Assembly (NCBI GenBank): GCA_044866005.1
Contig: JBIOTN010000223.1
Location: forward strand, 2,354-66,353
DNA length: 64,000 bases
Origin: Candidatus Rokuibacteriota bacterium
GTDB taxonomy: Bacteria > Methylomirabilota > Methylomirabilia > Rokubacteriales > DASRDR01
Reading direction: 5' to 3'
The position numbers were made by a program, and so were the translations under genes. Shown here in pieces: positions 25,743 to 34,532 of the stretch. A model generated the notes under the pieces. The model was not told where the DNA came from. It was given only the letters and a program-made list of their open reading frames with translations, and did not search any database. Position 1 is the stretch's first letter. Every line of letters begins with the position of its first letter.

Positions 25743-27404
25743 GTGCCGATTGACCTCGAAGCGATCCTCAACTCCGCGATGCCCCGCGGGCCGTCGGACC
25801 TGCACCTGCGCCCGTGGCAGCACCCCATCGTCCGGCTCAAGGGGCGCCTGCTGCCGCTGGAGGACTGGCCGCCGATCGGGCTGGAGGACCTCGAGGCGCT
25901 CAAGCGCCGCATCCTCTCCTCCGAGCAGCTCGCCTACCTCGGCAAGTTCGGCGGCGTCAACCGGCCCCTCACGCTGGCGGGCCTGGGGCGCTTCCGGCTG
26001 ACGGTGTTCCACGCCCGCGGCATGCCGTGCATGGCGCTCCGAGCGCTGGCGCGCGAGATCCCCACGCTGGACGAGCTGAACCTGCCGCCCGTGGTCAGCC
26101 GCCTGGCCATGGAGCGGCGCGGCCTCATCCTCATCACCGGCCCCGCCGGCTCCGGGAAGTCCACGACGCTCGCCGCGATGGTGAACCTCATGAACCTCCA
26201 CCGCACCGAGCACATCGTCACGGTCGAGGACCCCATCGAGTACGTCTTCGAGAACCACACCTGCTACATCACCCAGCGCGAGATCGGGCTCGACGCCCCG
26301 AGCTACGCCCTGGCGCTCCGTCTGGTGCTGCGGCAGGATCCGAACGTGATCGTGATCGGCGAGATGCGGGATGCCGAGACGTTTCGCGCCGTCCTGACCC
26401 TGGCCCAGACGGGGCACCTCGTCCTCTCCACGCTGCACACGGGCTCGGCCATCGACACGGTCAACCGCATCATCTCGGAGTTTCCGGAGCACCGCGAAGG
26501 CTCCATCCGCGCCCAGCTCGCGCACGTGCTCAAGGGCCTGGTCTGCCAGCGGCTCGTCGAGCGAGCGGACGGCACGGGGCTGATCCCGGCGTGCGAGATC
26601 CTCGTCACCACGTCCAGCATCTACCGCGCCATCCTGGAGCGGGACCTCACCTCCCGCATCCCCCAGATTCTCGCGCGCGGGCGGGACCTCTTCGGCATGC
26701 AGACGATGGACCAGTGCGTGCTGGACTACTTCCTCCAGGGGCTCATCACGGAGGCGACGGCGATCCGTGCGGCGAACTCACCGATGGACTTCGAGGTCGA
26801 GCTGCGCCGCGCCCGGCAGGAACAGCGGCTGGAGGAGCTGGGGGCGCAGCAGGCGCCGCGCGCCGCCGCGCGCATGGAGGCGATCCTCGTCCTCGAGGTC
26901 GTCGGGATGACGGATCTGCTCGTCTCGCACGGCGATCAGCGCTTCCGGGAGTTCACGGAGCGGATGGAGGCCCAGCTGGGGGCCATCGCCAAGGAGTACC
27001 GCGCGCGGGCCATCGAGAAGCACCTCGACGGCTTCCTCCTGACGTTCCCCAACGTGGACTGGGCCGTCCTGGCCATTCGCGCCATCTTCGCGCGCCTGTC
27101 CGAGTTCAACCAGCTCTCCGAGATCGAGGTGGCCTTCCGCGGGGCCCTCCACTACGGCAGCACGTGGGTCGATCCGCACTCGAACCGGGTCGGCGCGGCG
27201 GTTCACAAGGCCTTCCGGGTCTGCAACGCGATCGCGGCGCCGGATCTCTGGCAGGCCGTGCGCCCGAAGGAGAAGGACGTCGTGGTGGCGACGGAAGAGG
27301 CTCGCGAGATGCTGATCCCCTACAACGTCTCGTCACGGCCCCTCGGCGGGGTGCCGCTCAAGGGCTTCGAGGGCGTGCACCACCTCTTCGAGCTCGACAT
27401 CTGA
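25743..27404 (+). CDS. PilT/PilU-type type IV pilus retraction ATPase fused to a C-terminal class III nucleotidyl-cyclase homology (CHD-like) domain
   Basis: GTG start. N-terminal ~350 aa: Walker A GPAGSGKSTTLAAM, Asp box HIVTVEDPIEYVF, Walker B DPNVIVIGEMRD, His box GHLVLSTLHTGSA, C-motif SIYRAILERD. From about aa 365 (ILVLEVVGMTDLL ... KHLDGFLLTFPN ... AFRGALHYGSTWVDPHSNRVGAAVHKAFRVCNAIAAPDLW) the sequence aligns with the adenylyl/guanylyl cyclase catalytic domain. The ORF is continuous. Confidence 0.8.
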   Translation: MPIDLEAILNSAMPRGPSDLHLRPWQHPIVRLKGRLLPLEDWPPIGLEDLEALKRRILSSEQLAYLGKFGGVNRPLTLAGLGRFRLTVFHARGMPCMALRALAREIPTLDELNLPPVVSRLAMERRGLILITGPAGSGKSTTLAAMVNLMNLHRTEHIVTVEDPIEYVFENHTCYITQREIGLDAPSYALALRLVLRQDPNVIVIGEMRDAETFRAVLTLAQTGHLVLSTLHTGSAIDTVNRIISEFPEHREGSIRAQLAHVLKGLVCQRLVERADGTGLIPACEILVTTSSIYRAILERDLTSRIPQILARGRDLFGMQTMDQCVLDYFLQGLITEATAIRAANSPMDFEVELRRARQEQRLEELGAQQAPRAAARMEAILVLEVVGMTDLLVSHGDQRFREFTERMEAQLGAIAKEYRARAIEKHLDGFLLTFPNVDWAVLAIRAIFARLSEFNQLSEIEVAFRGALHYGSTWVDPHSNRVGAAVHKAFRVCNAIAAPDLWQAVRPKEKDVVVATEEAREMLIPYNVSSRPLGGVPLKGFEGVHHLFELDI

Positions 27405-27411
27405 GCCCGGC

Positions 27412-28161
27412 GTGACCATCCGGGCGGTCACGTTCGACTTCTGGGGGACGCTCCTCTTCGATCCGCCCGCCACCGACGACCGCCACAAGCCGAAGCGGCT
27501 CGCGGACTTTGCGGCCATCCTGGCGGGGGCCGGCGTGGCGGCGCCCCCGGCGGCGCTCGAGCGCGCCTACGTGGATTCCGCGAACTTCCTGCGTCAGGTG
27601 TGGCTACGCGACCGGGACGTTCCGGTCGAGCAGCACGTGCGGGCGATCCTCCTGGGGGTCGACCCCGCCCTGGCGCGCCGGCTGTCGTCCGACACGCTGA
27701 CGGCGCTCGTCGACGCGTATGCGCGCCCCGCGCTCCTGGCGCCCCCGGCGGTGGCCGAGGGCGCGCGCGCGACGCTGGAGGCCGTCGCGGGGCGCGGCTA
27801 CACGCTCTGCGTGGTGTCCAACACGATGCGGACCCCCGGGACGATCCTCCGCGAGATCCTGCGGCACTACGGCCTGCTCGAATTCTTCTCGCACCTGACG
27901 TTCTCGGACGAGTGCGGCGTGCGGAAGCCGGACCCCGAGATCTTCCGTCGCACGCTCGCGGCCGCCGGCGTCCCGGCCGCGGCGGCGGTCCACGTGGGCG
28001 ACGATCCGATCCTCGACGTCGAAGGCGCGCGCGCGGCCGGGATGCGGGTGATCCAGGTCACGGCCAGCCGAGCGCCGTGGTTCGGAAGCCGGAAGCCGCA
28101 CGCGGCGATCCCGAAGCTGTCGGCGGTCCCGGAGGCCCTCGACCGGCTCGAGCACCGCTAG
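27412..28161 (+). CDS. HAD-superfamily hydrolase (subfamily IA)
   Basis: GTG start 8 nt after the PilT-cyclase stop. Motif I VTFDFWGTLL, motif II VVSNT, motif III K...(D/E) GVRKPDPEIF, motif IV VGDDPILDVEGARAAGM. Confidence 0.7.
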   Translation: MTIRAVTFDFWGTLLFDPPATDDRHKPKRLADFAAILAGAGVAAPPAALERAYVDSANFLRQVWLRDRDVPVEQHVRAILLGVDPALARRLSSDTLTALVDAYARPALLAPPAVAEGARATLEAVAGRGYTLCVVSNTMRTPGTILREILRHYGLLEFFSHLTFSDECGVRKPDPEIFRRTLAAAGVPAAAAVHVGDDPILDVEGARAAGMRVIQVTASRAPWFGSRKPHAAIPKLSAVPEALDRLEHR

Positions 28162-28163
28162 GG

Positions 28164-28640
28164 CTATACGGTACACGCGCCCCCGATCGTCGCAGTACAG
28201 CCCACCGCGCCTTCGGCGAAGGTCACCCCCGTAAGCTCGTCACTGAAGACCTCGACGTTACAGAGGGTCGTCAGGAGCGATGTCGCGGCGCCGGCGCTGT
28301 AGCCGACCACCACGGTCGAGATCTGCCAGCAGCCCGGGCGAAGCTCGGCGCTGTTCGGAAAGGTGACCAGGCCCCCCTGCTGGATCACCTCGGCGGGGGC
28401 CACCTGGCGCGCGTCGCCCGCTGCCATGGCCCCGACCTGGGAACCCCCTTGCGGGGCCCCGAGCCACGTGCCCGCCCAGGTGAGCTCGAGGAGATCGTAG
28501 GTGGCGGGCGAGCTGCCGATCCGAACCTCGAGCTTCAGCTTCCCGCCGCCGGGCACGTAAAAGCCGCTCCGTCCACATCCCAGCGCCGGAAGCGCGAGCG
28601 TGCAGGCAAGCAGAGCCAGCCGCCACGTGACGAGCTTCAT
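28164..28640 (-). CDS. lipoprotein of unknown function (paralogue of 28675-29163)
   Basis: Lipobox LPALGC. Shares GGLVTFP.S..LRPGCW....V.....A..S.L..LC..E.F....TGV.F.EG..GC....GGAC with its neighbour. Confidence 0.5.
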   Translation of the reverse strand: MKLVTWRLALLACTLALPALGCGRSGFYVPGGGKLKLEVRIGSSPATYDLLELTWAGTWLGAPQGGSQVGAMAAGDARQVAPAEVIQQGGLVTFPNSAELRPGCWQISTVVVGYSAGAATSLLTTLCNVEVFSDELTGVTFAEGAVGCTATIGGACTV

Positions 28641-28674
28641 GCACCGCTCCTACGAGGGGCGCGGCCCCCTGTGG

Positions 28675-29163
28675 CTAGGAACACGACGCGCCCCCCACGA
28701 GCGGCGCGCAGCCATCGAGCCCTTCGGTGAACTTCACCCTGGTGACGACCCCGGCAAAGATCTCCAGCTGGCAGAGCATGGAAAAGGACGGGGCGCCGTT
28801 CCGGGTGGTGGCGACGGCAAGCTCCCAGCAGCCCTGGCGCAAGGCCGGACTGGCCGGAAAGGTCACGAGCCCCCCGTTCTGCGCCGCCCCCGCCGGGGTC
28901 AGCTGGATCGTGCCTTCCCCGCTCGTCGCGCCATCGTCATCGGTGGTCCCGGTCAGCCATGCCCCGGCCCAGCTCACCTTGACCTGGTTCGGCACGGGGA
29001 TCGACGGGTCCAGCTGGACTTCGATCCCGACCCGCGGGGGATCGAGGTCCACGACGGCGGTCGGGCCACAGCCGGGCGCCCCCATGCCCAGGAGGGGGAC
29101 GATCCAGAACCACCTCCAGGACCGCCGCCCGCCGGCGTGCCCCGCCTCACCAGAGGCTGACAT
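28675..29163 (-). CDS. lipoprotein of unknown function (paralogue of 28164-28640)
   Basis: Start at ATG 29161-29163 (MSASGEAGHAGGRRSWRWFWIVPLLGMGAPGC, lipobox MGAPGC). Conserved GGLVTFPASPALRQGCWELAV...LCQLEIFAGVVTRVKFTEGLDGC. Confidence 0.5.
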   Translation of the reverse strand: MSASGEAGHAGGRRSWRWFWIVPLLGMGAPGCGPTAVVDLDPPRVGIEVQLDPSIPVPNQVKVSWAGAWLTGTTDDDGATSGEGTIQLTPAGAAQNGGLVTFPASPALRQGCWELAVATTRNGAPSFSMLCQLEIFAGVVTRVKFTEGLDGCAPLVGGASCS

Positions 29164-30421
29164 TCGCTTGCAGCTCGACATACCCGTTCCTCTTGACCAC
29201 CGCGAGGTGAGTAGGGCTCAGGCGGAGCGCCCGCGGCCCCTCGGCCGTCTCGAAATGAAAGGACGCCGTGCTGACCGGCAGGGGGGGCAGGGTCAGCGAC
29301 GGCGCCACGTTGATGTGAATCGGCAGCGCCACCTCGTATCCGGAGACGCGGAAGACCGGCTGAATGCTGGTCGGCTCCACCGTCACGCGGATGGCGGTCT
29401 GCCCCTGAAAGCGTCCAGGCGCTGGCTGTCCATGCGAGGGGTGGAGCTGGGGGACGACGACGAGCGTCGTCACGGCCCGCACGTCGGCGCTGGTCTCGAG
29501 GTTGGCGTTGAAGCCGACGTTACACCAGTGGGCCTCGACGTCCCCGGTGATGCGCACCCGGGCCGGGCTGATGCCAAACCGCAGGTCCTTGACCTTGGCG
29601 GTCCAGTCGGAGCTGCAGATCGTCGTGCATTGAGTCCCGAACGGCGTCCACGTGCACGCTTTGTAGGCGTAATGGCCCTTGAACTGGATCGGCTCGACTT
29701 TGTCCGCCAGCTCGTTGAACGCGGACTCGTACACCTTGAGGACGCCCCTCCCCGTCGGGACGAGGCTGCCCAGGTCGCTCCCGGCCAGCCCGACATCCGC
29801 CGCGCGGGCCAGGCGGAAGACGGGCGCGGGGGGAGCGAATCCCAGGTCGACGGTGATCACCAGCTTCCCGGGCAAATACTGGGGTGTCGCGCTGACGAGG
29901 CGCGCGATGAGGGTGCGAGTGCCCCCGTCCGGGAGCGACAGGGTGAGCTCCTGGGCCTCGATGGGCGTGGACACGCTGTACAGTCTGGCCACGTCCACCT
30001 GCGTGATGACGGCGCCGCCGACCTGGACCGGCACCGCGAACGTCCCCACGTTGATCCGCAAGCGATGGCTCGCGGCGTCGAAGCTCACGGAGGCCGGGAC
30101 CGTCCGGGTCTCCGTGCTCGGTTGGCCTCCCACGACGGCGTTCACGGTCGCGGTAAAGGTCATCGCCCCTTCGGCGAGCGTGAACGCGGCGTTCGTCACC
30201 GTCCACTGCCAGGGTACGGGGGCGCCCCCGCCCGCGGGCTGATGGAGGCCGGCGTTCGCGAGGGATCCCAGCCGCCCGATCAGGCCGTTCAGGGTCACCT
30301 GAGAGACCTCGAGCGTCGCGTTCTGGGCCGTCGGCGCCGGCGCCGATCCTGGCTGGGCCACACCGGCGGCGGGAAGGACCAGCGCGGCGCAAAGGAGGAG
30401 GACCGCCAACCGTGCTCTCAT
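29147..30421 (-). CDS. secreted protein of unknown function (424 aa), first gene of a three-gene secreted/lipoprotein cluster
   Basis: Start at ATG 30419-30421 (MRARLAVLLLCAALVLPAAGVAQP). Cys pairs: YKACTWTPFGTQCTTICSSDW, HWCNVGF. Overlaps the next gene's start by 17 nt. No family recognised. Confidence 0.5.
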   Translation of the reverse strand: MRARLAVLLLCAALVLPAAGVAQPGSAPAPTAQNATLEVSQVTLNGLIGRLGSLANAGLHQPAGGGAPVPWQWTVTNAAFTLAEGAMTFTATVNAVVGGQPSTETRTVPASVSFDAASHRLRINVGTFAVPVQVGGAVITQVDVARLYSVSTPIEAQELTLSLPDGGTRTLIARLVSATPQYLPGKLVITVDLGFAPPAPVFRLARAADVGLAGSDLGSLVPTGRGVLKVYESAFNELADKVEPIQFKGHYAYKACTWTPFGTQCTTICSSDWTAKVKDLRFGISPARVRITGDVEAHWCNVGFNANLETSADVRAVTTLVVVPQLHPSHGQPAPGRFQGQTAIRVTVEPTSIQPVFRVSGYEVALPIHINVAPSLTLPPLPVSTASFHFETAEGPRALRLSPTHLAVVKRNGYVELQANVSLW

Positions 30422-30595
30422 TGCCGACTCTCCCGGGGCCACCGGTCGGCCCGTGATGCGCGTCGCCGTCGATGGGACATCGAGATCGAGGGGTGGATTC
30501 GACGCTAGATCACGGTGGCGAACCTGTCAAGGAGCGGGGACTCCGCCGTCGCGAGCCGATCGTGGCGCGAGGCCGTCGCGGCCGGTGGAGCCGGC

Positions 30596-32263
30596 TCAGT
30601 CGCGGGGCGCCAGGCCGAGCGCGCGGAGGGCCTGCTCGCGGAGCTTGCCCTTCTGGACCTTGTCCCCGTGCGGCCCGGGCGTCCGCGGGACGTCCTCCAC
30701 GACCCAGATGTGGCGCGGGACCTTGAAGCCGGCGAGCTTCCCGCGACAGTAAGCGAGAAGCTCCGCCGCCGTCGCCGTCTGGCCGGGTCGCGGGATGACG
30801 TAGGCCGCGGCGACCTCCCCGAGCCGGGCGTCCGGCACGCCCACGACGAAGGCCTGCGCGAGCCGGGGGTGCTCCATCAGGAAGGCCTCGATCTCGGCCG
30901 GCGCGACCATGAAGTGGCCGATGCGGAGCGTCTCCTTGAGCCGGCCGAGGAAGAAGGTGTGCCCGACCCCGTCCTGCACGGCGAGGTCTCCCGTGTGGAG
31001 CCAGCCCGCGGCGTCGATCGCCGCGGCGGTCTCCTCCGGCTTCTCGTAGTAGCCGCGCGTGACGAGGGGCCCGCGGAGGAGCAGCTCGCCCGGCTCGCCC
31101 GCGACCCGGTCGGCGCCGGACGCCGGATCCACGACGCGCGCCTCGAGCGTCTCGGCCGGGCGCACCCCGGCGTGGCGGCGGAGCTCGAGCGGGTCGTCGG
31201 GGTAGGGGCAGAGGGCGAGCGCGTTCACCTCGGTCATGCCGTAGGGCTGGACCGCACCGGGCATGGGGAGCCGGTGCACGACCTCGTCGAAGAGGCCGTG
31301 ACGGCCGCCGCCGGTCATCGCCACGCCGCCGGTCCGCAGGCTGCGGCGGTCGTACCGGTCGCGCGCCGGGTGGTCCAGCACGGCCGTCAGCATCGCGTCC
31401 ACGGCGTTCCAGACCGTGATCCCCTCCTGCTCGATGAGCCGGAGGGTGTCGAGCGGGTCGAAGAACTCCTCGAGCACCAGGCTCGCGCCATGCGTCAGCG
31501 TCATGAGCGGGATGACCAGCCCACCCCAGGTGCCGGAGAAGGGCAGGGTGTGGAGCACGCGATCGCGCTCCGTGAGGCCGAGCCGCTCGCCGGAAGCCCA
31601 GCCGTGGGGCAGGCAGTTCTCGTGGCTGATCATCGCCCCCTTGGGGAACGAGGTCGTCCCCGAGGTGTAGAGGAGGGTGAAGACGTCGTCCGGCGCGATC
31701 CGCCGCTCGCGGTCGCGGAGCACGGGGGCGAGCGCGGGGTCGTCGCCGATCTCCACGACGTCCTGGTAGCGGAGAGTGCCCCCGTAGACGTCCTCGCTCA
31801 CGCAGATCACCCGGCGCAGCCGCGGAAACCGCTCGAACCGGAGGGCATCCGGATCGGCCGTGGGCAAGCCGGGCAACAGCTCGGCGAGGATCTCGAGGAA
31901 GTCGATCTGCAGGGCGTGGTCGAGGCAGACCAGGGTGGCCGTGTCGGACTGGCGCAGGATGTAGTCGAGCTCGCGCGTGCGGTAGCGCGGGTTGAGCGCG
32001 ACCACGACGGCGCCGATCCGCGCGCAGGCGTGCTGGACGACGAGCCACTCCGGCCGGTTCGTGAGCCAGAGGGCGACCTTGTCGCCCGGCCCGAGCCCGA
32101 GCGCCAGGAGGCCGCCCGCCAGGCGCCGGACCTCCCGGCGGAACGCCGCGTAGGTGAGCCGCCGCTCGCGGAGCACGATCGCCGCGCGATCGGCGAAGCG
32201 CTCCGCGACGGCCTCCAGCATCGCCGGGAGCGTCGCGTCCCGGTAGGGATTGGCCGCGATCAC
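30596..32263 (-). CDS. AMP-dependent acyl-CoA synthetase/ligase (long-chain-fatty-acid--CoA ligase-like)
   Basis: AMP-binding motif LLYTSGTTSFPKGAMISH, YGMTE, TGDLAVQDGVGHTFFLGRLKETLRIG, C-terminal GKLREQ. Start taken at GTG 32263 (VIAANPYRDATLP...); ATG 32221 is the alternative. Confidence 0.85.
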   Translation of the reverse strand: MIAANPYRDATLPAMLEAVAERFADRAAIVLRERRLTYAAFRREVRRLAGGLLALGLGPGDKVALWLTNRPEWLVVQHACARIGAVVVALNPRYRTRELDYILRQSDTATLVCLDHALQIDFLEILAELLPGLPTADPDALRFERFPRLRRVICVSEDVYGGTLRYQDVVEIGDDPALAPVLRDRERRIAPDDVFTLLYTSGTTSFPKGAMISHENCLPHGWASGERLGLTERDRVLHTLPFSGTWGGLVIPLMTLTHGASLVLEEFFDPLDTLRLIEQEGITVWNAVDAMLTAVLDHPARDRYDRRSLRTGGVAMTGGGRHGLFDEVVHRLPMPGAVQPYGMTEVNALALCPYPDDPLELRRHAGVRPAETLEARVVDPASGADRVAGEPGELLLRGPLVTRGYYEKPEETAAAIDAAGWLHTGDLAVQDGVGHTFFLGRLKETLRIGHFMVAPAEIEAFLMEHPRLAQAFVVGVPDARLGEVAAAYVIPRPGQTATAAELLAYCRGKLAGFKVPRHIWVVEDVPRTPGPHGDKVQKGKLREQALRALGLAPRD

Positions 32264-32339
32264 GCCCTCACCCCGCCCCGCCGACACGCGAGCCACTCCA
32301 CGCGACGCGCTCGACGTGCTAGCGCGTTCCAACTTCCGA

Positions 32340-32380
32340 GAGGGGCATCGGGGGGGTCTTCCGAGACCCCCCCGAAGAGC
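32340..32380. repeat. family A hairpin repeat (CATCGGGGGGGTCTTCCGAGACCCCCCCGA)
   Basis: Sequence identity with the cores at 45818-45848 and 55478-55508. Confidence 0.7.
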
Positions 32381-33877
32381 TCATACGTACGTGCGCTCGG
32401 CCCGGCGGAGGGCCCGGTAGCGCTCGAAGGCCCGGCGCTCGTCCTCGAGTCCCACGAGCGAGCGGAGCGTGCTGCCGCGGAAAGTGTGGGCGAGCATCTT
32501 CCACCAGTTCCGCAGGAGGAACCCCGGGCTGTGTCGGAGCACCGCCCCCATGTGGCGGAGCTTGAGCCACCGCTCGGCGCGCCAGCGCATGAACTCGATC
32601 TCGTCGGCCGCCAGGTGCGCGCTCCGCACCACGGCCGTCGTGCCGTCGTACTCGTCCACGTTCTCGTTGACGACCAGGCCGCGCTCGCGAAACTCCCTGG
32701 TCATGGGCGTCCGGGGATAGGGGGTGGGGTGCTGGATGTAGGGGTAGTCGACGTAGCGCCGGGCGAAGTCGAGGTTCGCGGTCACCGACTCCCGCGTGTC
32801 GTCGGGGTTGCCGACGATCAGCCCGCCGACCACGTACATGCCGTGCCGGTGCAGGTGGTCGATCGCCGCGAGGGTCGCGTTGCCGGCTCGCCGGCCGTTT
32901 TCCCGCCTGAGGTTCTTCGCGGTCGCCCGGAGGAAGCGGAGATCCTGCTCCAGGACGTTCTCGATCCCGAGGAAGACGTAGCGGAACCCGGCCCGCCGCA
33001 TCAGCGGCGCGAGGGTGTCGCCGTGGCTGGCGATCGCGGACGTCATGGCCTGCACGGTGTACTCGAGGTCGTCGAGCCCGGCGTCCACGATGGCGCGGCA
33101 GAGCGCCGCGAAGCGCCGGACGTCGAGCGTGATGTTGTCGTCCACGAGGAAGATGGCCCGCGCGCCGTGCTCCCGGGCGTCGCGGATGTCCGCCAGCACC
33201 CGGTCGAACGCGTAGCGGTGGAAGTTCCGGCCCCGCATCTCGATGATCGAGCAGAAGCTGCAGTCGAACGTGCAGCCCCGCGAGGTCTCCACGACGTCCA
33301 CGGGACGACCGAGCAGCGTGTAGCCGCTCAGCACGCGCGCGGCCCGGCGGGGCGGGCGGATCTCGCCGCCCTCGAGGCCGGTGACCGGGCGATCCGGATT
33401 GTGGACGAACCCGGCCCCGCGCCGGTGGGAGAGCCCCCCGATCCGGTCCAGGGGAAGGCCGTGCTCCAGCGCCCGGAGAAGCTCCCGGAACGTGAGCTCG
33501 CCCTCGCCGCGGACGATGAAGTCGACCGCCCCGCCCGCGGCCGCGGCGTAGGCCTCGGCGGCCAGGCTCGGGTCGTAGCCCCCCACGACGATGCGCGCGG
33601 CCGGTCGCAGCGCCCGGCAGAGCTCGATGAGCCGGACCGCCGTCTTCCGCTGGAAGGTCATGATGGAGAGGCCGACGACGTCGGGCGCGCGCTCGCGCAC
33701 GAGCCGCTCGACGGTCTCGCGCACCCGGCGCTGGACCAGGATGAGGTCGGCGACCGCGACCTGGTGATGCGGATCCACGTTGCCGGCCAGCGAGGTCAGC
33801 GCGCCGTTCGGCATGCGGATGCCGATGGTCGGCATGTGTTCGAACGAATCGGGCATGGAGAGGAGCAGGACGTTCAT
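32381..33877 (-). CDS. B12-binding-domain radical SAM protein (class B radical SAM)
   Basis: N-terminal cobalamin-binding Rossmann (MNVLLLSMPDS...VVGLSIMTFQ...IVVGGYD). Radical SAM cluster motif CTFDCSFC. 498 aa. Confidence 0.85.
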   Translation of the reverse strand: MNVLLLSMPDSFEHMPTIGIRMPNGALTSLAGNVDPHHQVAVADLILVQRRVRETVERLVRERAPDVVGLSIMTFQRKTAVRLIELCRALRPAARIVVGGYDPSLAAEAYAAAAGGAVDFIVRGEGELTFRELLRALEHGLPLDRIGGLSHRRGAGFVHNPDRPVTGLEGGEIRPPRRAARVLSGYTLLGRPVDVVETSRGCTFDCSFCSIIEMRGRNFHRYAFDRVLADIRDAREHGARAIFLVDDNITLDVRRFAALCRAIVDAGLDDLEYTVQAMTSAIASHGDTLAPLMRRAGFRYVFLGIENVLEQDLRFLRATAKNLRRENGRRAGNATLAAIDHLHRHGMYVVGGLIVGNPDDTRESVTANLDFARRYVDYPYIQHPTPYPRTPMTREFRERGLVVNENVDEYDGTTAVVRSAHLAADEIEFMRWRAERWLKLRHMGAVLRHSPGFLLRNWWKMLAHTFRGSTLRSLVGLEDERRAFERYRALRRAERTYV

Positions 33878-34023
33878 CGCGGTGACTCCCGCGGCCTCGG
33901 GCGGCGGGCCGCCCGCTTGCTCCGGGGCCTGGCCGGAGTCTAGGCTGGAGCCGCCAGACGTGTCAACGCGCGCGTCGCCCGGGGGCGCCGGCGCGGCCGC
34001 ACGCGGCGGAAGGGACGGGCGTC

Positions 34024-34491
34024 ATGGCGGAGAGCGCGGCGGCGACGCGGGCGGACGGGCCGGTCGAGTGCGCGGCGTGTCGCGGGGCGTGGCCGTCGCC
34101 GTCCCATCGCATCGCCGACTGCGGGCTGGCGGTCGCCTACCTCCACGAGGACCAGTTCTTCCCGGGCTGGAGCGTGCTCGTCCTGAAGCGTCACGCCACC
34201 GAGCTCTTCGAGCTCTCCCGGGAGGAGCGGGCGCGGCTGACGGAGGAGGTGACCACGCTGGCGCGGGCGCTGGCCACGGCCTTCGCCGCCCGCAAGGTCA
34301 ACTACGCGCTCCTCGGCAACCTCCTCCCCCACGTCCACTGGCACGTGATCCCACGACTCGCCGACGACCCCGTGCCGCGGGAGCCCGTGTGGAGCCTGCG
34401 TCACGAGCCGCGGCGCCTGGACGCGGGCGAGCTGGACGCGCGCCTGGCCCTCGTCCGCGGGCACCTCGCCCCGGCGGTGTCCCGGGCCTGA
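34024..34491 (+). CDS. HIT-family (histidine triad) protein
   Basis: Histidine triad PHVHWHVIPR. CxxC-like N-terminal motif CAACRG. Confidence 0.75.
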   Translation: MAESAAATRADGPVECAACRGAWPSPSHRIADCGLAVAYLHEDQFFPGWSVLVLKRHATELFELSREERARLTEEVTTLARALATAFAARKVNYALLGNLLPHVHWHVIPRLADDPVPREPVWSLRHEPRRLDAGELDARLALVRGHLAPAVSRA

Positions 34492-34532
34492 GCGGTCCCT
34501 CGGCGCCGGCCGCGCGGCCGGTCGGGCGTCGT

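Noticed and set aside
25364-25912. 182-aa minus-strand ORF with the internally duplicated peptide RDAMLIGTAA...
   Set aside because: It spans the tandem family B repeats; the duplication reflects the DNA repeat, not a real protein.
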